DNA of 64,000 bases from an uncultured Desulfospira sp. (GTDB lineage Bacteria > Desulfobacterota > Desulfobacteria > Desulfobacterales > Desulfobacteraceae), in contig OY760175.1 in the NCBI GenBank assembly GCA_963663165.1, positions 5,440,001-5,504,000 of the forward strand. Reading direction: 5' to 3'. The notes under the pieces are model-generated. The model was not told where the DNA came from and made no database searches. It worked only from the letters and a program-made list of their open reading frames with translations. Position 1 is the first letter of the stretch. Every line of letters starts with the position of its first letter. The position numbers and the translations under genes were made by a program. Of this stretch, positions 46,562 through 57,578 are shown in pieces.

Positions 46562-47762
46562 GATTTGCTTTAAATTTATAGGTTTTTCGTACGTTTTCGA
46601 TCATGCCGCCGGGTTTGAACACCATCATCAGGACCAGAATGACCCCGAAACAGATCATTCGGTATTCGGAAACCGCCCTTAAGTACTCGGGCAGCAGGAT
46701 CAGCAAAAAGGCCCCGGAAATCACGCCGGCAATGGAGCCCATGCCGCCCAAGACCACGGTGCACAGGATGATCACCGATTCCCAGATGGTGAAGCTGGCC
46801 GGGTTGACAAAGGCGGTTTTGGCCGCAAACACCACCCCGCCCATACCGGCCCAGGTGGCCCCTAAGGCAAAGGCCCGCAGCTTGGTTTTGGCCTTGTCAA
46901 TGCCCATGGCCTGGCAGGCGATTTCATCATCTTTCAAGGCGATCCAGGCCCGGCCGATCCGGGAGTTTTCCAGGCGGTTGATAAAAAAGATGGTAAAGAT
47001 GACCAGGCAGACAATAATGTAAAAAAGGTAGACCGTGCTCTGTTCAAGAGACAGGTCAAGGCCGAAAAATCCGGGCTTGGGGATATTGGGAATCCCGGAA
47101 GGCCCCTTGGAAAAATCGTTCCAGTTTTCAAGGACCAGCCGGATGATCTCCCCGAACCCCAGGGTGACAATGGCCAGGTAATCGCCCCGGAGGCGGAGGA
47201 CGGGGTACCCCAGGATAATGCCGAAAATGGCGGACAATACCCCGCCAAGGGGCAGGGCGATCCAGAAACTGATGCCGTAATGAAGGTTTAACAGGGCATA
47301 GGAGTAAGCGCCCACGGCAAAAAAGGCCACATATCCCAGGTCAAGGAGCCCGGCAAGGCCGATCACAATATTGAGCCCGAGTCCCAGCATCACATAGATC
47401 AGGGCCGATATCATGATATTGGTCTGGTACATGGAGACCACATGGGGAAAGGCCAGGGCACCAATCCCTAAGAGGATGCAGATGGCGGTCTGCCGCTTTT
47501 TATCAGCAAAAATTTGCTGGACCCACCCCAGTTCGGTTGATTTTGTCTTTTGGGCGTTCAGCTCTTTTTTCTTAAGAAAATACCGCCAGAAAAAGGAGAG
47601 GACGAAAAATCCAAGGCCGATATAGAGCATGTTCCAGAACCGCCACTCAATGGTTTTGGTAACGGTGTTGACCCGGATCACCATGATGGGAAAGGTCAGC
47701 AGGATAAACCAGAGGCCGGTCAGGGTCGATTTCTTGATTTCTTTGGTAATGTTCATAGTCAA
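46554..47762 (-). CDS. livM: Branched-chain amino acid ABC permease
   Basis: GLLDLGYVAF and LRGDYLAIVTLGFGE. Confidence 0.93.
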   Translation of the reverse strand: MTMNITKEIKKSTLTGLWFILLTFPIMVIRVNTVTKTIEWRFWNMLYIGLGFFVLSFFWRYFLKKKELNAQKTKSTELGWVQQIFADKKRQTAICILLGIGALAFPHVVSMYQTNIMISALIYVMLGLGLNIVIGLAGLLDLGYVAFFAVGAYSYALLNLHYGISFWIALPLGGVLSAIFGIILGYPVLRLRGDYLAIVTLGFGEIIRLVLENWNDFSKGPSGIPNIPKPGFFGLDLSLEQSTVYLFYIIVCLVIFTIFFINRLENSRIGRAWIALKDDEIACQAMGIDKAKTKLRAFALGATWAGMGGVVFAAKTAFVNPASFTIWESVIILCTVVLGGMGSIAGVISGAFLLILLPEYLRAVSEYRMICFGVILVLMMVFKPGGMIENVRKTYKFKANHD

Positions 47763-47780
47763 TTTCTTTTTACGGTCATT

Positions 47781-48689
47781 TTAAACTTTTTGGGTTTCAG
47801 ACCGGCCCAGAATGCCCGAGGGCCTGAAAATCAGGATCAGGACCAGGAATAAAAAGGCAAACACGTCTTCATAGTCACTGGAGATGTACCCGGTAAAAAA
47901 GCTTTCCGTCCACCCCAGGACCAGAGATCCCAACACGGCACCGGGGATGCTGCCGATGCCGCCCAGGACGGCGGCCACAAAGGCCTTGATCCCGGCAATG
48001 AAGCCCATGTAAAAGTTGATCTGCCCGATGTGGGAGGCGATCAGAAGCCCGCCTATGGCAGCCGTGGCCGATCCCACAATAAAGGTGATGGAGATGATCT
48101 TGTCCACGTCGATCCCTAAAAGCGAGGCCATGGTCTGGTCCTGGGAAGTGGCCCGCATGGCCTTGCCCACGGTGGTGAATTTGATCAGAATGGTCAACAG
48201 GATCATGACCGCCACCGTGGTGATCAAAATCACCAGCTCCGGTGAGGTGATGATATGGGAATAGGGTTCCCAGAATTCAAAATCCGGTATCAGGCTGGGA
48301 AAGGGAAGAAAGTCCGAGGTCTGGGCCAGCAGGACATAATTTTGAAGAAACAGGGACATGCCGATGGCACTGATCAGGGCGGAGAGCCGTGGCGCGGTCC
48401 GCAAGGGCTTGTAGGCGATTTTTTCCATGGTGTAGCCGTAGCCGCATGAATAGAGGACGGCGGCGCAGGCCGCAACAATGACCACGGCAAGGGCTGGGAA
48501 CCCCATCATGGTCAATACGCTGGAAACGATCAGGCCGGTAAAGGCGCCGATCATGTAAATTTCACCATGGGCAAAGTTGATCAGCTGGATAATCCCGTAT
48601 ACCATGGTGTAGCCCAGTGCAATGAGCGCGTAAATGCTGCCTCGGGTCAGTCCACCGAGAAAAAGTTCCAGAAAAAAGTCTAACTCCAT
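47781..48689 (-). CDS. livH: Branched-chain amino acid ABC permease
   Basis: YALIALGYTMVYGIIQLINFAHGE. Confidence 0.94.
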   Translation of the reverse strand: MELDFFLELFLGGLTRGSIYALIALGYTMVYGIIQLINFAHGEIYMIGAFTGLIVSSVLTMMGFPALAVVIVAACAAVLYSCGYGYTMEKIAYKPLRTAPRLSALISAIGMSLFLQNYVLLAQTSDFLPFPSLIPDFEFWEPYSHIITSPELVILITTVAVMILLTILIKFTTVGKAMRATSQDQTMASLLGIDVDKIISITFIVGSATAAIGGLLIASHIGQINFYMGFIAGIKAFVAAVLGGIGSIPGAVLGSLVLGWTESFFTGYISSDYEDVFAFLFLVLILIFRPSGILGRSETQKV

Positions 48690-48784
48690 AAATACCTTTT
48701 TTTATATGGGCTATTAGCCGTTAGCTGTGGGGAATGTTGGCCGTCAGCCAACAGCTAATAGCTAAAGGCTAATAGCTAAAAGCT

Positions 48785-48825
48785 AAATAAAAAGGGCAGG
48801 TCATAGTTCCCTGCCCTTTTTATTT
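48785..48825. terminator. Intrinsic hairpin downstream of livK
   Basis: AAATAAAAAGGGCAGG-loop-CCTGCCCTTTTTATTT perfect stem with A/T tails. Confidence 0.7.
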
Positions 48826-48852
48826 GGTTTATTGCGCATTGAATTAATCGGC

Positions 48853-49968
48853 TTATTTTTGCTCTACAAACTGGCCGCCGTCGACCCTGTAAACTGTGAA
48901 ACCAATACCCGTGGCATCTCCGTTTTCATCAAATCTGATTTTTCCAAGGGGGGTATCCACATATTCGGTTTTCAGTGTCTTTACAATGGCGTCATAGTCG
49001 GTTGACCCGGCTTTTTCAATGGCATTGAGCAGGGCAAGGGTGGCCGCATAGGCGGCGTCAAAAAAGGCACCGGGATCAGATCCGTATTTTTTCTGATGCT
49101 CTTCTTTTGCCAGCTTGGCCAGGGGATTGCTGGAAATATCCATGGGTCCGGTGGCATAAACGCCTTCGGCATATTCTCCGGCAACTTTTATAAAGGTGTC
49201 GTCTTTGACGCCGTCAGCCCCCATGAACAGGGTATCCATTTTCTTTTTTCTCATCAGGGTCACAATCTTTGAGGCTTCGGGATGGTATCCGCCCCAGACC
49301 ACCAGTTCCGGTTTTTTGCGCTTTACTTTGGTCACAATGGCGGAATAGTCGACCGCCCCCGGGGTTACCCCTTCGAACAGGACAATCTCGACGCCCGCTT
49401 CTTTAAAATATTTTTCAGCCAGTTCTGCCTGGCCCTTGCCATAGTCCCCTTTGTCGTGGAGAATGGCTACTTTTTTGACTTTCAGGACTTCGGTGGCGAA
49501 TTTGACCTGGAGCTGGGCCTGTTTGGCGTCATGGGGAATGGTCCTGAAAAAGTTGGGATAATCACCGGACAGGGTCAGGTCCGGATTGGTTGCGGAAGGG
49601 GACATGGCCACGATTTTAGCCTCTTTGTAGAACCCCATGGCCGCTTTGGTGGCGCCGGAGCAGATATGGCCCATGACCACGTTAGCGCCTTCTGAAACCA
49701 GTTTGGTGGCGGTGTTACCGGCCACTTCAGGCTTGCATACGTCATCTTCCACCAAGAGCTCAACCTGTTTGCCGAGAACCCCGCCGGCGGCATTGATTTT
49801 TTCAACCACCAGTTCGGCAGCTTTGACCGAGGGCAGGCCGTAGGAGGCAAGGTCACCGCTGTGGGCACCGGCCACCCCTAATTTAATGGTATCGGCCGCA
49901 AACACCGGCACGGACAAAACCGCCATGGATACGAGTGTAAGAATGAATCCTTTTAACAGCCCTTTCAT
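48853..49968 (-). CDS. livK: Branched-chain amino acid ABC substrate-binding protein
   Basis: Signal peptide; GHICSGAT, SPSATNP and FFRT. Confidence 0.92.
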   Translation of the reverse strand: MKGLLKGFILTLVSMAVLSVPVFAADTIKLGVAGAHSGDLASYGLPSVKAAELVVEKINAAGGVLGKQVELLVEDDVCKPEVAGNTATKLVSEGANVVMGHICSGATKAAMGFYKEAKIVAMSPSATNPDLTLSGDYPNFFRTIPHDAKQAQLQVKFATEVLKVKKVAILHDKGDYGKGQAELAEKYFKEAGVEIVLFEGVTPGAVDYSAIVTKVKRKKPELVVWGGYHPEASKIVTLMRKKKMDTLFMGADGVKDDTFIKVAGEYAEGVYATGPMDISSNPLAKLAKEEHQKKYGSDPGAFFDAAYAATLALLNAIEKAGSTDYDAIVKTLKTEYVDTPLGKIRFDENGDATGIGFTVYRVDGGQFVEQK

Positions 49969-50278
49969 ACATTTTCCTCCCTTTTTAAAGATTCAATTGG
50001 TCCTGCAATAATAATGATGACTTAAGAAATTAAATCATAAACGGGTAAAAATATAGGAATAAGCAGGCCGGGAGTCAAGAAAAAAAGGATTCTCAGGTGT
50101 ATTCATTTCTTGACAAAAGGGGCGTTCCTATCTTAATTTGTCTTAAATCATTCTGATAACTCATTTAACGTTTCTAACCTGACATTTTTTTAGGCCCTGG
50201 CCATGAGCGCGTTCCCGAATGTCCGTTGCCTCGGGGTGAACTTAACGCAAATCCAACCACTTAAGTTAAGGATGAATC

Positions 50279-52783
50279 ATGTTAAAAGACAGTTCTTTTT
50301 TTTCCAACTGGGGAATTTTTGCCAAAGGCATGGATAGCAAGAGCATACAGCTGTCTTTGGGAAACCATCTGGAGTATTCACTTTCAAAAGATCAGTTTAC
50401 GGCCACCATGCGCGACCTTTACCATGCCCTGGCACTGGCGGCCCGGGACCGGATGGTGGAGCGCTGGATTCAGACCCAGCAAACCTACCATTACAAGAAT
50501 TCAAAACGGGTTTACTATCTTTCGGCCGAATACCTGATGGGCCGGATTCTGATTAACAGCCTGATTAACCTGGGGATTTATGATGAGACCATTGATGCGT
50601 TACAAGATCTTGGCCTTGACTTGGAAGAAATTGCCCAGGAAGAGCCTGACATGGGGCTGGGCAACGGGGGGTTAGGACGGTTGGCCGCCTGTTTTCTGGA
50701 TTCGGCGGCATCTTTGGAAATCCCTTGCCAAGGGTACGGGATCCGGTATGAGTTCGGCATATTTGATCAGGCCATCAGAAACCTGGGGCAGGTGGAACTG
50801 CCTGAAGTCTGGCTCAAGTATGGCAACCCCTGGGAGATCGCCCGGCCTGAGTACAATTTTTCGGTTCATTTTTACGGCCATGTGGAACAGGAAACCCTGC
50901 CCGACGGCACCCTGAAAACCGAATGGAAAGACACCAGTGATGTTATCGGCATTGCCTATGATACCCCCATTGACGGCTACGGCAATGAAACGGTAAATAC
51001 CTTACGGCTGTGGTCCGCCAGGGCCTCCAAAGAGTTTGACCTGAATTATTTTCAAGGCGGCGATTACATGGGGGCAGTGGAAGAAAAGAACCTGTCTGAA
51101 AATATTTCCAAAGTGCTCTATCCCAATGATTCGTTTTTTGAGGGCCGGGAACTGCGCCTAAAACAGCAGTACTTTTTTGTTTCCTGTTCCGTGCAGGATA
51201 TTATTCGCCGCTACTTTAAAGATCATGAAAATTTTGATCAATTTCCCGATAAGGTGGTGATTCAGCTCAACGATACCCATCCTTCCCTGGCCATTCTCGA
51301 GCTGATGCGGCTGCTGCTCGATGAGCACTGCCTTTCCTGGGAAAAGGCCTGGGAAATTACCCAGAACACCTGCGCCTACACCAACCATACCCTGTTGTCC
51401 GAGGCCATGGAAAAATGGCCCATGGAGATGTTTGAAACTTTACTGCCCCGCCATTTGCTGATTCTGTTTGAAATTAACCGGCGGTTCATGCGGGACGTGG
51501 CCGTACGGTTTCGGGGAGATGATGCGCGCCAAAGCCGCATGTCCATCATCGAAGAAGGATCGGAAAAAAAGGTTCGCATGGCCAACCTGGCCATTGTGGG
51601 GTCACGGTCCGTCAACGGGGTGGCGGCCCTGCACAGCCAGTTGCTGCGGGAGCGTGAGTTCGCCGACTTTGAACAGATGTATCCGGGCCGGTTTAACAAC
51701 AAAACCAACGGGGTGACTCCGCGCCGCTGGTTGTATACGGCCAATCCGCTGCTGTCCGAGCTGATCATGTCCCGCATCGGAAAGGAGTGGATCAAGGATT
51801 TAACCCATATTAAACAGATAGAGCCCCTGGCCGATGACGAAAGTTTTCAAAGCGCCTGGGCCGAGGTAAAGCAGAACAACAAGATCCAGCTGGCTGAAAT
51901 CACCAAATCCTTAACCGGCGTGAATGTGGATCCCACCTCTATTTTTGATGTGCAGGTCAAACGGATTCATGAATATAAACGCCAGCTGCTCAATATCCTG
52001 AATGTGGTTTACTGCTGGCTCAAGCTCAAAGAAGACCCTTCATTTGACATGCATCCCAGAACCTTCTTTTTTGGGGGCAAAGCGGCCCCCGGATACTGGG
52101 TGGCCAAGAATATCATCCAGCTGATCTGTCATGTGGCTGAAATGATCAACCGCGATACCGCCACCAATGACCGGATCAAGGTGGCCTTTCTGCCCAATTA
52201 CCGGGTCACCCTGGCGGAAAAAATTTTCCCGGCCGCTGAGGTTTCCGAGCAGATTTCCACGGCCGGGTATGAGGCATCCGGCACCTCAAATATGAAATTC
52301 GCCCTTAACGGCAGCCTGACCATCGGCACCCTTGACGGCGCCAATGTGGAAATGCTCGAAGAAATCGGCAAGGACAATATTTTCATCTTCGGCCTGACCA
52401 CCGAGGAAGTGATTGAGCTTCGGTCCCATTATAATGCCAATGAATATTATTATAAAGATCCGTTGTTGAAAGAAACCATTGATATGATCCGCAGCGGCTT
52501 TTTCAGCCCCGAAGACCAGGCGATTTTTCAAAACCTGATGGACCGGCTCATCCACCAGGATGAATACCTGGTGCTGGCCGATTTTCACGCCTACCATGAC
52601 TGCCAGATGCGTATAGACAAATTGTACCGGGACCGGAAGGCGTGGAATCAAAAGTCTGTTATCAATACGGCGCGGATGGCCAAATTTTCCAGTGACCGGA
52701 CCATTTTTGAGTATAACCGGGATATCTGGCATGCCGACCCGGTTCACATTGAAATGGAAAACCGGCCGGTATCCCCGATTTGA
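50279..52783 (+). CDS. glgP: Glycogen/maltodextrin phosphorylase
   Basis: GLGNGGLGRLAAC, QLNDTHP and the PLP motif EASGTSNMKFALNG. Confidence 0.97.
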   Translation: MLKDSSFFSNWGIFAKGMDSKSIQLSLGNHLEYSLSKDQFTATMRDLYHALALAARDRMVERWIQTQQTYHYKNSKRVYYLSAEYLMGRILINSLINLGIYDETIDALQDLGLDLEEIAQEEPDMGLGNGGLGRLAACFLDSAASLEIPCQGYGIRYEFGIFDQAIRNLGQVELPEVWLKYGNPWEIARPEYNFSVHFYGHVEQETLPDGTLKTEWKDTSDVIGIAYDTPIDGYGNETVNTLRLWSARASKEFDLNYFQGGDYMGAVEEKNLSENISKVLYPNDSFFEGRELRLKQQYFFVSCSVQDIIRRYFKDHENFDQFPDKVVIQLNDTHPSLAILELMRLLLDEHCLSWEKAWEITQNTCAYTNHTLLSEAMEKWPMEMFETLLPRHLLILFEINRRFMRDVAVRFRGDDARQSRMSIIEEGSEKKVRMANLAIVGSRSVNGVAALHSQLLREREFADFEQMYPGRFNNKTNGVTPRRWLYTANPLLSELIMSRIGKEWIKDLTHIKQIEPLADDESFQSAWAEVKQNNKIQLAEITKSLTGVNVDPTSIFDVQVKRIHEYKRQLLNILNVVYCWLKLKEDPSFDMHPRTFFFGGKAAPGYWVAKNIIQLICHVAEMINRDTATNDRIKVAFLPNYRVTLAEKIFPAAEVSEQISTAGYEASGTSNMKFALNGSLTIGTLDGANVEMLEEIGKDNIFIFGLTTEEVIELRSHYNANEYYYKDPLLKETIDMIRSGFFSPEDQAIFQNLMDRLIHQDEYLVLADFHAYHDCQMRIDKLYRDRKAWNQKSVINTARMAKFSSDRTIFEYNRDIWHADPVHIEMENRPVSPI

Positions 52784-52800
52784 TAGACCAGGAGACGCCT

Positions 52801-53976
52801 ATGTCATTATGGGAAAAAGCCAAAAACGAATTTATCGATATTGTGGAGTGGACCGATGATTCCACCCATACCATGGTCTACCGGTTTCCCGGCAATGACA
52901 ATGAAATCAAATACGGGGCAAAGCTTGTGGTCCGCCAGGCCCAGGCCGCTGTTTTCGTCAATAAAGGGAAAATTGCCGACATTTTTCCATCGGGCCATTA
53001 CACCCTTGAAACAGACAATTTGCCGGTTCTGACCACCCTTGCCGGATGGAAATATGGGTTTCACAGCCCGTTTAAAGCGGAGGTCTATTTTGTAAATCTG
53101 AAAAATTTTACCAACCTTAAGTGGGGCACCCGGAACCCGGTGATTGTAAAAGATCCGGAATTCGGCCCCTTGCGCCTGCGCGCCTTTGGGACCTACGTCA
53201 TCAAGGTGGCCGACCCCGGCCGGTTTATTGAGGAGATCGTGGGGACGGACGGCCTTTTTACAGTGGAAAAGGTGGCCGATCAGCTCAGAAATCTGATTAT
53301 CTCCCGGTTCTCCGACCTGCTTGGGGAAAAAAAGCTGCCCATCACAGAGCTTACGGCCAATTACAGTGAACTGTCGGATATCTTAACCCGGGTCATTTCT
53401 CCGGAATTCATGGCCTACGGGCTGGAACTGACCAAGTTCCTGGTTGAAAACATCTCGCTTCCCGAAGAGGTGGAAAAGGCCCTGGACAAACGCAGCAGCA
53501 TGCAGGTTATCGGGAATCTGGATGACTATTTTAAATTTCAAAGCGCCAATGCCATGGAAGAGGCGGCCCAAAATCCGGGGGGAGATGCTGCCAGCGGTAT
53601 CGGCATGGGCATGGGGTTTGCCATGGCCGGGCAGATAGGCAAGACCATGGCAGCAGGACAACAGCAGCCGTTCAGCCGCGGCCCGGGTTCCCCTCAGCCG
53701 GACACCGGTGCCGCTGCCCGGCCGGCCGGCGGTCCGCCCCCGCTGCCGGGCTCCCATGGGAATCTTCAATACTTTGTGGCCATTAAAGGGAAACAAATTG
53801 GCCCTCTGGAACTTGAGACGGTTCTTCACAACATCAAAAAAGGCAACATCGGCCGGGATACCCTGGTATGGCATTCCGGGCTTGAAAGCTGGCAAAAAGC
53901 CCATACCATTGCGGCGTTGTCCCATGGGTTTGCCCTGGTGCCCCCGCCCCTTGACCCCAGGGAGACCAACCCATGA
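52801..53976 (+). CDS. SPFH (band 7-like) protein with a C-terminal GYF_2-like domain
   Basis: FIDIVEW, PFKAEVYF and LRAFGTY; C-terminal QIGP...TLVWHSGLESW. Confidence 0.85.
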   Translation: MSLWEKAKNEFIDIVEWTDDSTHTMVYRFPGNDNEIKYGAKLVVRQAQAAVFVNKGKIADIFPSGHYTLETDNLPVLTTLAGWKYGFHSPFKAEVYFVNLKNFTNLKWGTRNPVIVKDPEFGPLRLRAFGTYVIKVADPGRFIEEIVGTDGLFTVEKVADQLRNLIISRFSDLLGEKKLPITELTANYSELSDILTRVISPEFMAYGLELTKFLVENISLPEEVEKALDKRSSMQVIGNLDDYFKFQSANAMEEAAQNPGGDAASGIGMGMGFAMAGQIGKTMAAGQQQPFSRGPGSPQPDTGAAARPAGGPPPLPGSHGNLQYFVAIKGKQIGPLELETVLHNIKKGNIGRDTLVWHSGLESWQKAHTIAALSHGFALVPPPLDPRETNP

Positions 53977-54629
53977 AATGCATGAACTGCTCAGCCCCGC
54001 TTCCGCCCAACGCCGTTGTGTGCGAATACTGCGGCAGTCGAAACGATACAGATTTGATGGGGATTCATACCTATACCACCCATGAACTGGAATCGGGCCG
54101 GATGTGTCCCCATTGCCATGTTGCCCTGGCCACCATTGACCTGAAGATCGGCGGTAAATTTTTTATTGAACGGTGTGAACAGTGCCTGGGGCTTTTTTTC
54201 GATCCCGGAGAATTAGAGGCGTTACTGGAAGATTCGGTCAAACATGTTTATACCGTCAACCTTGAAAAACTGGCCAATATCACCAATGCCATGTCTAAAG
54301 ATGATCAGCCGATAACCTATATCAAATGCCCGGCCTGTTCAAAAATTATGAACCGCGTGAACTTTGGTGCCCGAAGCGGCGTGATTGTTGACGTCTGCAA
54401 GGCCCATGGCATCTGGCTGGACAGCGGTGAACTGCGGCGCCTGCTGGAATGGAAAAAGGCCGGCGGCACCCTGCTTCATGAACAGCGAAAGATTGAAGCG
54501 GCAAAGGCAAAAGAAAAGATGGAAAAACAAAAAATTACCGATGCCGGCATTTTTGCCCAGTTGAATAAACAGCCGGAATGGGAGAGCGATTCCCTGTTTG
54601 ACCAGGTGGTTTCCTGGTTGTTTTTTTAA
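53973..54629 (+). CDS. Zinc-ribbon (zf-TFIIB-like) protein
   Basis: Repeated CxxC pairs with GLFFDPGEL and GIWLDSGEL. Confidence 0.8.
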   Translation: MKCMNCSAPLPPNAVVCEYCGSRNDTDLMGIHTYTTHELESGRMCPHCHVALATIDLKIGGKFFIERCEQCLGLFFDPGELEALLEDSVKHVYTVNLEKLANITNAMSKDDQPITYIKCPACSKIMNRVNFGARSGVIVDVCKAHGIWLDSGELRRLLEWKKAGGTLLHEQRKIEAAKAKEKMEKQKITDAGIFAQLNKQPEWESDSLFDQVVSWLFF

Positions 54630-54653
54630 AAAGGTCTCCGGTCAAGAGCAATC

Positions 54654-54698
54654 TTGACAAAAAATGATTTGAACATATAATTTGACCGTGTAGTCAAA
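54654..54698 (+). promoter_or_regulatory. Sigma70 promoter with an adjacent palindromic operator upstream of the MFS gene
   Basis: TTGACA (54654)-N16-TATAAT (54676), followed by TTTGAC-N6-GTCAAA. Confidence 0.65.
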
Positions 54699-54784
54699 AT
54701 TGTGACTTTTGAGTCAGGCCATACCAGAGGTTCCTTTGGGGAAGCATCCAAAGGAACCTCTTAACTTTTTTGCAAGAAGGATAT

Positions 54785-55978
54785 ATGAACCAGAAACAAC
54801 GTTTTTTCGGGGACCGGACAATGCCTGTCATGCTGGCGCTTCTCAGCGCCTTTCCGCCGCTTTCCGTTGACCTTTACCTGCCGGCCCTGCCCCATATGGT
54901 TGAGGCCATGAATACCAATGAAACCTGTATCAACATGACCTTAAGCCTTTTTCTGCTTTTCTTTTCCTTAGGGATACTGGTCTGGGGGCCTGTCAGTGAA
55001 AAGTACGGCCGCAGACCCATTGCCCTGGCCGGCCTTGCCCTGTATGCCCTGGCCAGCTTTGGCTGTGCCCTGTCCGGCAACGTTTATCAGCTCATTGTGT
55101 GGCGGGTGGTTCAGGCCTTTGGCGGCGGCGCCTCCACGGCCGTTTCCACGGCCATGGTCAAGGATATGTACAGCGGACGGCAGCGGGAGTCAGTTCTGGC
55201 CATTGTCATGGCCATTGTGGTGGTGGCGCCGGTGGTGGCACCGGTGATGGGGGCCATGCTGCTTAAGATTGCGTCCTGGCGGGTGATTTTCGGGGCCCTG
55301 GGGGTGATTGGCGCTCTGGTTTTCAGTTTGTCCCTGTTACTGACTGAAACCCTGGAAGAGCGGTACTCCGGTTCTTTAATCCGGTCCATCGGCCGCCTGG
55401 CCGTGGTGTTGAAAAATCCGGGATTTTCCTTTCTGCTGGTGGTGTTTTCCCTGGTTCCCGTCCCTTTGCTGGCCTTTATTGCCGCCTCTTCTTTTATTTA
55501 TATCCGGGATTTTGGCCTCACCGAAACCGTGTACAGCTGTTTTTTCGCCTTTAATGCGTTAGGTGCCCTTGTGGGTCCGCTGCTGTATATCCGGATCTCT
55601 GAGCGGATACCGTCCGGCCATATCATTTCAGGGTGCTTTGGTATTGCGACCGGGGCCGGCATTCTTTTAATGGCCTGGGGAGCGAAGTCCCCGGTGGCCT
55701 TTGCCCTGATCATGGGTGCCGCCACCTGGGCCATGAGCCTGATGCGGCCCCCCACCGCCAACCTGCTGCTGGCCCAGCAGCAGAAGGACACCGGTTCGGC
55801 CGCCTCCCTGATTAACTTTACGGGCATGGCCATGGGCAGTGTCGGCATGTTTATGGTATCCCTGGTGACCGGGGATCTGATTTCCTGGCTGGGAATGATG
55901 CTGCTGTTAATGGGAGTGGTGTGCGGGGCGCTCTGGCTTTGGGTTAAGAACCGGCCGTGTATCCGCCAGTCTGATTAG
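54785..55978 (+). CDS. Bcr/CflA-family MFS efflux transporter
   Basis: SVDLYLPALP, GPVSEKYGRRP and about 12 transmembrane segments. Confidence 0.92.
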   Translation: MNQKQRFFGDRTMPVMLALLSAFPPLSVDLYLPALPHMVEAMNTNETCINMTLSLFLLFFSLGILVWGPVSEKYGRRPIALAGLALYALASFGCALSGNVYQLIVWRVVQAFGGGASTAVSTAMVKDMYSGRQRESVLAIVMAIVVVAPVVAPVMGAMLLKIASWRVIFGALGVIGALVFSLSLLLTETLEERYSGSLIRSIGRLAVVLKNPGFSFLLVVFSLVPVPLLAFIAASSFIYIRDFGLTETVYSCFFAFNALGALVGPLLYIRISERIPSGHIISGCFGIATGAGILLMAWGAKSPVAFALIMGAATWAMSLMRPPTANLLLAQQQKDTGSAASLINFTGMAMGSVGMFMVSLVTGDLISWLGMMLLLMGVVCGALWLWVKNRPCIRQSD

Positions 55979-55988
55979 CCCCGGGGGG

Positions 55989-57578
55989 TCAGTAAAGCCG
56001 GATCAAGGTCTGTTTTTCTGTCTGGCTCAGGGAGTGGATATAGTGAAGCAGCTTTCTGCGCTCATCCATTTTCATGGTCACGAACTCAACCCCCATCAGA
56101 TACCTTCCGATGGGCCGGGGCCTGACCCGGACCACTTTGGAAAGAACGGAAAGGCATACGGATTTGACATGGATTTCCATGATCACCAGGTTGTCGACCG
56201 GGAAATAATACCCGGTTTCAAACTGCATGCCCCCTTCACTGATATCATCCACCCGGATGCCCAGTTTTTCTCCAAAAACTTCCGGCAGGCCGGACTCTTC
56301 ACACGCTTCAACCGGAGGACGGTTTTCAGGGGCCTGTCCGCCCATTAACTTTCCCCAGTAATTGATCTGATCGTCGTAGGAAAGAAAAACAATTTCAAAT
56401 TTAAGGTTTACAGAGACCCGTTGGAACTGTCGGCGCTCGATATTATAGCACCTTTCTTTAATGAACAGGTCCACCAGCTCTGCGTCGAACTGGGTACCCT
56501 TTCCTTTTTCAAGAACCCCAATGGCCTTGTCAAGGGACATGACCTGTTTATAGGGCCGGTCATAGGCGGTAATGGCATCAAACACATCGGCGATAGAGAT
56601 AATCCGGGCCGGAAGGGGCAGATCTTCCCCGGCCAGTCCATAGGGGTATCCCTTGCCGTCTATCCGTTCATGATGGACCGATGCCAGGAACGGCACCTTT
56701 TTCAACTCCTCTGAGAAATGAACCTGTTCAAGGATCTGGTTTGTATAGGCGGCATGCTCTTTGACCTGTTTGTATTCTTCGCTTGTCAGGGTCCCGGGTT
56801 TGAGCAGAATATTGTCCCTGACGCCCAGTTTTCCGATATCGTGTAAAAAGGAAGCCACCTCCACTTCATTAACGGTCTGGTCGTCCAGATGGCAGGCTCT
56901 GGCCAGGCGGACAGCATACAGGGCCACTCGCTGGGAATGGCCTGCCGTAATCGGGTCCCGGGCGTCAATGGTTTTTGAAAGGGTGTGAATCAGGCTTTTA
57001 AAAAGGCGCTTTTGTTCTTCTGCCAGCAGCGTATTTTCAATGCAGATGGTGGCCTGGAGGGAAAACATGGCCAACAGCTCTTCGTCATAGGCGGAAAAGG
57101 CCCCTTCTTTTTTATTTAATACCTGGGTGACGCCGATCACCTGTCCCTGGCGGGAAATCAGGGGCATACACAAAAGGCTTTGGGTCTGGTACTGGGTCTG
57201 CCGGTCAATATCCGGATTAAACCGGGGGTCCTGGTAGGCATCTTTGATGTTGACGGTCTGTTTTGTCTTAACGACGTCTCCGGCAATCCCTTTGTCTATG
57301 GGAAACCTTATTTCGTTGATATGGGCCTGCTGGATAAACCGGCTGTACAGCTCGTTATGGGTATAGTCGCACAGGAAAATAGAGCTGACATCGGCGTCAA
57401 GGACCCGGCTTGCCCCGTTCATGATCAAGCTGAGCAGATACTCAAGCCGCTTTTCAGCCGCCATGAGATTGGTAATCTCAAGGATTCTTTGTAAATCGTG
57501 AAGTTGTTTTTCGTTGTTCATCTCAGCCAGACACGAATTTAGCGGCTTACCGCTCGTTAATGAGAGTTCATCTCTCAC
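55989..57578 (-). CDS. GAF-HD-GYP-PilZ protein
   Basis: GAF domain (DAYQDPRFN), LHDIGK, HHERIDGKGYP and PilZ RRQFQR...DISEGG. Confidence 0.88.
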   Translation of the reverse strand: MRDELSLTSGKPLNSCLAEMNNEKQLHDLQRILEITNLMAAEKRLEYLLSLIMNGASRVLDADVSSIFLCDYTHNELYSRFIQQAHINEIRFPIDKGIAGDVVKTKQTVNIKDAYQDPRFNPDIDRQTQYQTQSLLCMPLISRQGQVIGVTQVLNKKEGAFSAYDEELLAMFSLQATICIENTLLAEEQKRLFKSLIHTLSKTIDARDPITAGHSQRVALYAVRLARACHLDDQTVNEVEVASFLHDIGKLGVRDNILLKPGTLTSEEYKQVKEHAAYTNQILEQVHFSEELKKVPFLASVHHERIDGKGYPYGLAGEDLPLPARIISIADVFDAITAYDRPYKQVMSLDKAIGVLEKGKGTQFDAELVDLFIKERCYNIERRQFQRVSVNLKFEIVFLSYDDQINYWGKLMGGQAPENRPPVEACEESGLPEVFGEKLGIRVDDISEGGMQFETGYYFPVDNLVIMEIHVKSVCLSVLSKVVRVRPRPIGRYLMGVEFVTMKMDERRKLLHYIHSLSQTEKQTLIRLY

